Made by a program: the position numbers and the translations under genes
Shown here: positions 60,418 to 64,000 of the stretch, one piece after another
Numbering within the stretch: the stretch's first letter is position 1
Layout: the number at the start of each line of letters is the position of its first letter
Notes under the pieces: model-generated
What the model saw: the letters and a program-made list of their open reading frames with translations, nothing else
Told to the model about the DNA's origin: nothing
The model's database searches: none
Source of the DNA: Candidatus Acidiferrales bacterium
GTDB taxonomy: Bacteria; Vulcanimicrobiota; Vulcanimicrobiia; Vulcanimicrobiales; Vulcanimicrobiaceae
NCBI GenBank assembly: GCA_035507275.1
Contig: DATJOG010000005.1
Location: forward strand, 37,854 to 101,853
DNA length: 64,000 nt
Direction of reading: 5' to 3'

Positions 60418-61125
60418 TCACGGGAGCCTGAGAAGCGCGAGTTTCACTGCTGCGACATGCGTCGCAACCCGTTCTTCGAACGGGCGTCGCGAAGCCGTTT
60501 CGAAGGTCAGCGCGCGCCGCGCCGCGTTGCGCGCGAGCAGCAGCACGAGTGAAAAGCCGCCGATCTCCTGCGCCTCGGCGATCGGATCTGGAGTCAAGTG
60601 TCCGCGCGCATCGATCGGCACGCCGCGAGCGGCGACGGCGTCGACGACGCTCGCGCCGATTCCGGCGCCGCCGTACTCATAGCAGTAGAAGCCGCTCGCC
60701 CCATCGTCCTCGTGCAGGTCGATCGCGAGCTCGAATTTATAGTCACGATTGGCGGTCACGATTGCGCGCGCTTCGGGCGATCCTCCGCCGCGCCCAAAGG
60801 TGCGGTTGATGTCGACGGCGTCGATGCTTTCACGCGTGCGCGCGTCGAAACCGCTCGGATTGGTGCACGGCCAAAGACGATAGGAAAAACGAGGATCCAG
60901 CGCATCGGTTTCGAGCAGTTCGAGCAGCGCGTGCGGTCCGGCCGGTTCGTCTCCGTGGACGCCGGCGGCAATCAAGACCGCAGGCAGCGCGTGATCGCCA
61001 TACTCCGCACACAGGAGCGTGCGCGGCGCGCCGACGCATGCGACTTCGCGCACGCGCAAGCCGCGCGAACGCAGCCTCTTCCACCGCGCCGCGAGATCTT
61101 GGTAGGTAGCCTCTTGCATCGCCAT
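60418..61125 (-). CDS. M14-family zinc carboxypeptidase / succinylglutamate-desuccinylase-like protein
   Basis: 235 aa with the zinc ligands GVHGDEPAG and IDLHED. Confidence 0.65.
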   Translation of the reverse strand: MAMQEATYQDLAARWKRLRSRGLRVREVACVGAPRTLLCAEYGDHALPAVLIAAGVHGDEPAGPHALLELLETDALDPRFSYRLWPCTNPSGFDARTRESIDAVDINRTFGRGGGSPEARAIVTANRDYKFELAIDLHEDDGASGFYCYEYGGAGIGASVVDAVAARGVPIDARGHLTPDPIAEAQEIGGFSLVLLLARNAARRALTFETASRRPFEERVATHVAAVKLALLRLP

Positions 61126-61139
61126 AAACCTTACGCCCC

Positions 61140-61709
61140 ATGAAAATGCAAATCGGTGTAATGGGTTCCGCCGGCGGGGACATTACGAAGCCCGAGCTCG
61201 AGCTTGCGCGCCGTTTGGGGCGCCGCATCGCCGAGCGCGGTGCCACGATCGTGACCGGCGCAAGTCCGGGCCTGCCGCACGCGGCGGTTCTGGGCGCGCA
61301 CGAAGCCGGCGGTGTCAGCCTCGGGGTCTCGCCCGCGCTTTCGCGCGAAGAGCACGTCAACATCTATGATTCGCCGCTGCAGCCCTATACGGCGATGGTC
61401 TTCACCGGCTCGGGCCTGATGGGACGCGAGACCCAGAATATCCATAGCTCCGATTTCGTCCTCTTCATCGGCGGGCGCAGCGGCACGCTCGGCGAGTTCT
61501 CGATCGCCTACGACGAGGGAAAGTTGATCGGCATCGTGACCCATTCCGGCGGCATCTCCGACGAGTTCGTCAATATTGCAAAGATGGTGAAAAAAGAGAC
61601 CGGCGCAACGATTCTGAGCGACGATTCGCCGGAGAGTCTGGTCGACCGTTGTCTCGAGCACTATCTGCGTCAAGGTTTGCCTTCATCGGTGGTGTTCAAT
61701 CGTGGCTGA
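61140..61709 (+). CDS. LOG/TIGR00725-like Rossmann-fold protein
   Basis: 189 aa with IGVMGSAGG, IVTGASPGLPHAA and FIGGRSGTLGEF. Confidence 0.6.
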   Translation: MKMQIGVMGSAGGDITKPELELARRLGRRIAERGATIVTGASPGLPHAAVLGAHEAGGVSLGVSPALSREEHVNIYDSPLQPYTAMVFTGSGLMGRETQNIHSSDFVLFIGGRSGTLGEFSIAYDEGKLIGIVTHSGGISDEFVNIAKMVKKETGATILSDDSPESLVDRCLEHYLRQGLPSSVVFNRG

Positions 61710-63060
61710 GCTCACCTTCGTCGGTGCAGCCGACACGGTAACCGGCAGCAAGCATCTGCTCACCGTGGGCGGCAAGCACGTCTTCGTCGACTGCGGGATG
61801 TTTCAGGGCGTCGCCAGCGTGCGCGCGCTCAATGATGCGCCGCTTCCCGTCGCCGCATCGCAGATCGCCGCCGTAATTCTTACCCACGGTCATCTCGATC
61901 ACGTCGGGTATCTGCCAAAACTCATTCACGACGGATTCGCCGGTCCGGTCTACTGCACGCCGCCGACCCGGCCGATCGCGCAAATCGTGCTCGACGACTC
62001 GGCGCACCTGCAACAAGAGCTGCAAGAGCGCGGCTACGAACACCAGCGTCCGTACGCACCGCCGATCTACTACAACCAGCGCGACGTCGACGCTACGATG
62101 AAGCTCGTACACCCGGTCGCACTGCACCAGGCCTTTGACGTCGCGGGCGTCATCGAAGCAACGTACTATAACGCCGGGCACATTCTCGGCTCGGCCTTTG
62201 CCGCGCTTGCCTTCGAGGGAAAGCGCGTCGTCTTCTCCGGCGACCTCGGCCGCTACGACCGTCCGCTGCTCTACGATCCCGAGCCGATGGGCGCGGCAGA
62301 CGAACTCATCTGCGAATCGACCTACGCAAGCCAGGTGCACCCGCCGCAACCCATCGAGGATCTGCGGCGCGTCCTGCACGAGGGCATCGCGCGCGGAGGC
62401 GCCATCGTCATCCCGGCTTTTGCCATCGAACGCTCGCAAGACATCCTGCTCGCCATCGCGACGATCCAGGCAAATGACGACGCCGTCGCGCGGCTGCCGA
62501 TTCATCTCGACAGTCCGATGGCCGAGAAGATCGACGACGTCTTCGAGGCTTTTCCCGATGCGCACAAGCCGATCCCGAACGATACGCCCACGACGCCGTT
62601 TGGTTTACGCAACCTCACCATACACGTAACAACCGAAGAATCGAAAGCGCTCAATCACCTTACCGGCCCGCACGCGATCATCTCGGCAAGCGGCATGGCC
62701 TCGGGCGGGCGGATTCTCCATCATCTCTACAACCATCTGGGCGATCGCAAAGCAACGGTGATCTTCCCGGGCTACCAAGGCGCCGGCACGCTCGGCTACA
62801 TCCTCACCCACGGCGCCGCAGCCGTCTCGCTCTACGGCGACAAAATTCCGGTTCGCGCCACGATCGCGCATCTCGCCGGTTTCAGCGCGCACGCCGACCG
62901 CAATGAATTACGGCGCTGGCTGCAGACCTGCACGACGAAGCCGCACCTCTACGCCGTACACGGCGAGATCGCGTCCGCTGCGGCACTAGCAGCGACGGCC
63001 ACCGCGGCCCTGGGTTGGAAGGCCGACGTGGCGCATCGGGGAACGACGGTGCAATTGTGA
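61702..63060 (+). CDS. beta-CASP MBL-fold hydrolase (RNA-metabolising family)
   Basis: 452 aa with LTHGHLDHVGYLP, beta-CASP motifs (ESTYA, the SAH in GFSAHAD) and a C-terminal VHGE. It overlaps the LOG-like gene by 8 nt. Confidence 0.8.
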   Translation: MAELTFVGAADTVTGSKHLLTVGGKHVFVDCGMFQGVASVRALNDAPLPVAASQIAAVILTHGHLDHVGYLPKLIHDGFAGPVYCTPPTRPIAQIVLDDSAHLQQELQERGYEHQRPYAPPIYYNQRDVDATMKLVHPVALHQAFDVAGVIEATYYNAGHILGSAFAALAFEGKRVVFSGDLGRYDRPLLYDPEPMGAADELICESTYASQVHPPQPIEDLRRVLHEGIARGGAIVIPAFAIERSQDILLAIATIQANDDAVARLPIHLDSPMAEKIDDVFEAFPDAHKPIPNDTPTTPFGLRNLTIHVTTEESKALNHLTGPHAIISASGMASGGRILHHLYNHLGDRKATVIFPGYQGAGTLGYILTHGAAAVSLYGDKIPVRATIAHLAGFSAHADRNELRRWLQTCTTKPHLYAVHGEIASAAALAATATAALGWKADVAHRGTTVQL

Positions 63061-64000
63061 CGCAGCGCAGTTTTGCAAGCGACAACAACGCTCCGGTCGC
63101 ACCCGAGATTTTGCAAGCGATTCTGGATGCGAACGAGGGTGACGCGGTCGGCTATGGTGACGATCCATGGACCGCACGCGCAGTCGAACGCTTCCGCGCG
63201 CACTTCGGCGCGGAGACCGACGTCTATTTCACGTTCAACGGTACGGGCGCGAACGTCGTCGCACTCAGCTGTCTCACGCGTCCCTGGGAGGCCGTGCTCG
63301 CTCCAGCGAGCGCGCATCTCCAAACCGACGAATGCGGCGCTTTCGAGCGTTTCGCCGGGTCGAAGGTCATCGCGATTCCAACCGTCGACGGCAAGTTACG
63401 CCCCGCCGACCTCGAGCCATATCTTCTCGGAGGGCACGGCGAGCATTTTCCCCAGCCGCGCGCAGTCTCGATCTCGAACACCACCGAGTACGGAGGGATC
63501 TACGAGGCGCAGGAACTGCGCGAGCTCTGCACCTTCGCGCACGCGCACGGGTTGGCCGTACACGTCGACGGCGCGCGCATTTCTAACGCGGCGGCCGCGC
63601 TCGGTACGACACCGCGTGCCATTACGAAAGATCTCGGCGTCGATGTCCTCAGCTTCGGGGGCACCAAGAACGGACTCATGGGTGGTGAGGCGATCTGCTT
63701 CTTCGATCCCGAGCTCAGCGCGAACGTCGCGCCGTTCGTACGCAAACAAGCGATGCAGCTGGCCTCGAAAATGCGCTACATTGCGGCGCAGTTCGAAGCG
63801 CTCCTCGCCGACGCGCGCTGGCTGCGCTACGCGTCGCACGCCAACTCGATGGCGCAGCGTTTGCTCGCCGGTGTGAGCGCAATTCCCGGTGTGACCATCA
63901 CGCGTCCGGTGCGCGCCAACGCAGTCTTCGCCACGATGCCGCGCGAGGCGATCGCTCGCGTGCAGGAACAATTTTTCTTCTACTTCTTCAACGAGGCTCT
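63057..64000 (+). CDS. ltaE: low-specificity L-threonine aldolase (partial, continues off the window)
   Basis: Not in the ORF track because it has no stop in the window. The GTG at 63057 forms a GTGA overlap. The translation runs VTQRSFASDNNAPVAPEIL...GDDPWT...TFNGTGANV...HVDGARISNA...SFGGTKNG (PLP lysine context). Confidence 0.75.
   Translation, partial: MTQRSFASDNNAPVAPEILQAILDANEGDAVGYGDDPWTARAVERFRAHFGAETDVYFTFNGTGANVVALSCLTRPWEAVLAPASAHLQTDECGAFERFAGSKVIAIPTVDGKLRPADLEPYLLGGHGEHFPQPRAVSISNTTEYGGIYEAQELRELCTFAHAHGLAVHVDGARISNAAAALGTTPRAITKDLGVDVLSFGGTKNGLMGGEAICFFDPELSANVAPFVRKQAMQLASKMRYIAAQFEALLADARWLRYASHANSMAQRLLAGVSAIPGVTITRPVRANAVFATMPREAIARVQEQFFFYFFNEA

Noticed and set aside
56300-61200. 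A TPP riboswitch for the thi genes.
   Set aside because: The intergenic gaps are 1-35 nt, and no CUGAGA/ACCUGA-type core was seen by eye. This needs a covariance-model scan to exclude fully.
1-64000. Mobile elements, prophage, integrases, toxin-antitoxin pairs, restriction-modification or other known defence systems, and tRNA/rRNA/tmRNA genes.
   Set aside because: No transposase, integrase, RT, Cas or nuclease-NTPase signature and no tRNA-like cloverleaf sequence was recognised in any frame or intergenic region. The only repeats are the REP/MITE-like family and low-complexity coding repeats.

Overview
This is a high-GC (about two-thirds G+C by eye, not computed), very gene-dense bacterial chromosomal segment. 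I support about 75 protein genes. I saw no rRNA or tRNA genes, no CRISPR array, and no transposase, integrase or phage genes. Several features point to a diderm cell: a TolC-type outer membrane factor, lipoprotein lipoboxes, and a beta-barrel protein ending in Phe.

Content in order:
- TetR regulator, paaZ and paaABCD(E) for phenylacetate catabolism (minus strand).
- An operon of an orphan 2-oxoacid dehydrogenase E1-alpha, an M50 protease and two unknown proteins.
- A minus-strand operon of a membrane fusion protein, a TolC-like protein, a NirDL/AhbAB-like protein and two family-5 solute-binding lipoproteins.
- A monocistronic outer-membrane protein with a copper-amine-oxidase-N-type domain.
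- A six-gene operon: nitrilase-like, DUF4337, beta-propeller, phosphodiester glycosidase, TldD, PmbA.
- A 526-bp palindromic repeat island.
- proC, a TlpA cluster, folD, and small redox/detoxification genes.
- A SufR-like regulator and IscU-like protein, divergent from sufC-sufBD-sufS-sufU.
- DUF485/actP.
- A block of unknown envelope proteins.
- An ECF sigma factor with an anti-sigma/MGMT fusion, followed by a cysteine-less Pcp homolog, a PHP/H1-tail fusion, a divergent EF-G paralog, a third solute-binding protein and a PyrE-like gene.
- Bcp, a K+ channel, ETF-QO with thiO-thiS-thiG and a rhodanese, an M14 peptidase, a LOG-like protein, a beta-CASP hydrolase and a threonine aldolase.

Most interesting observations:
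1. The zinc-finger anti-sigma domain fused to an intact O6-alkylguanine alkyltransferase, next to its ECF sigma. This may be an Ada-like alkylation sensor that acts through sigma release.
2. A repeat family that builds a nested palindromic island and also supplies the stop codon and 'LSSRA' C-terminus of two unrelated enzymes, plus the ribosome-binding site of paaA.
3. The CuAO-N plus beta-barrel outer-membrane protein behind a structured leader.

All product calls rest on motif recognition from memory. No database search was possible, and start codons I re-assigned are flagged.
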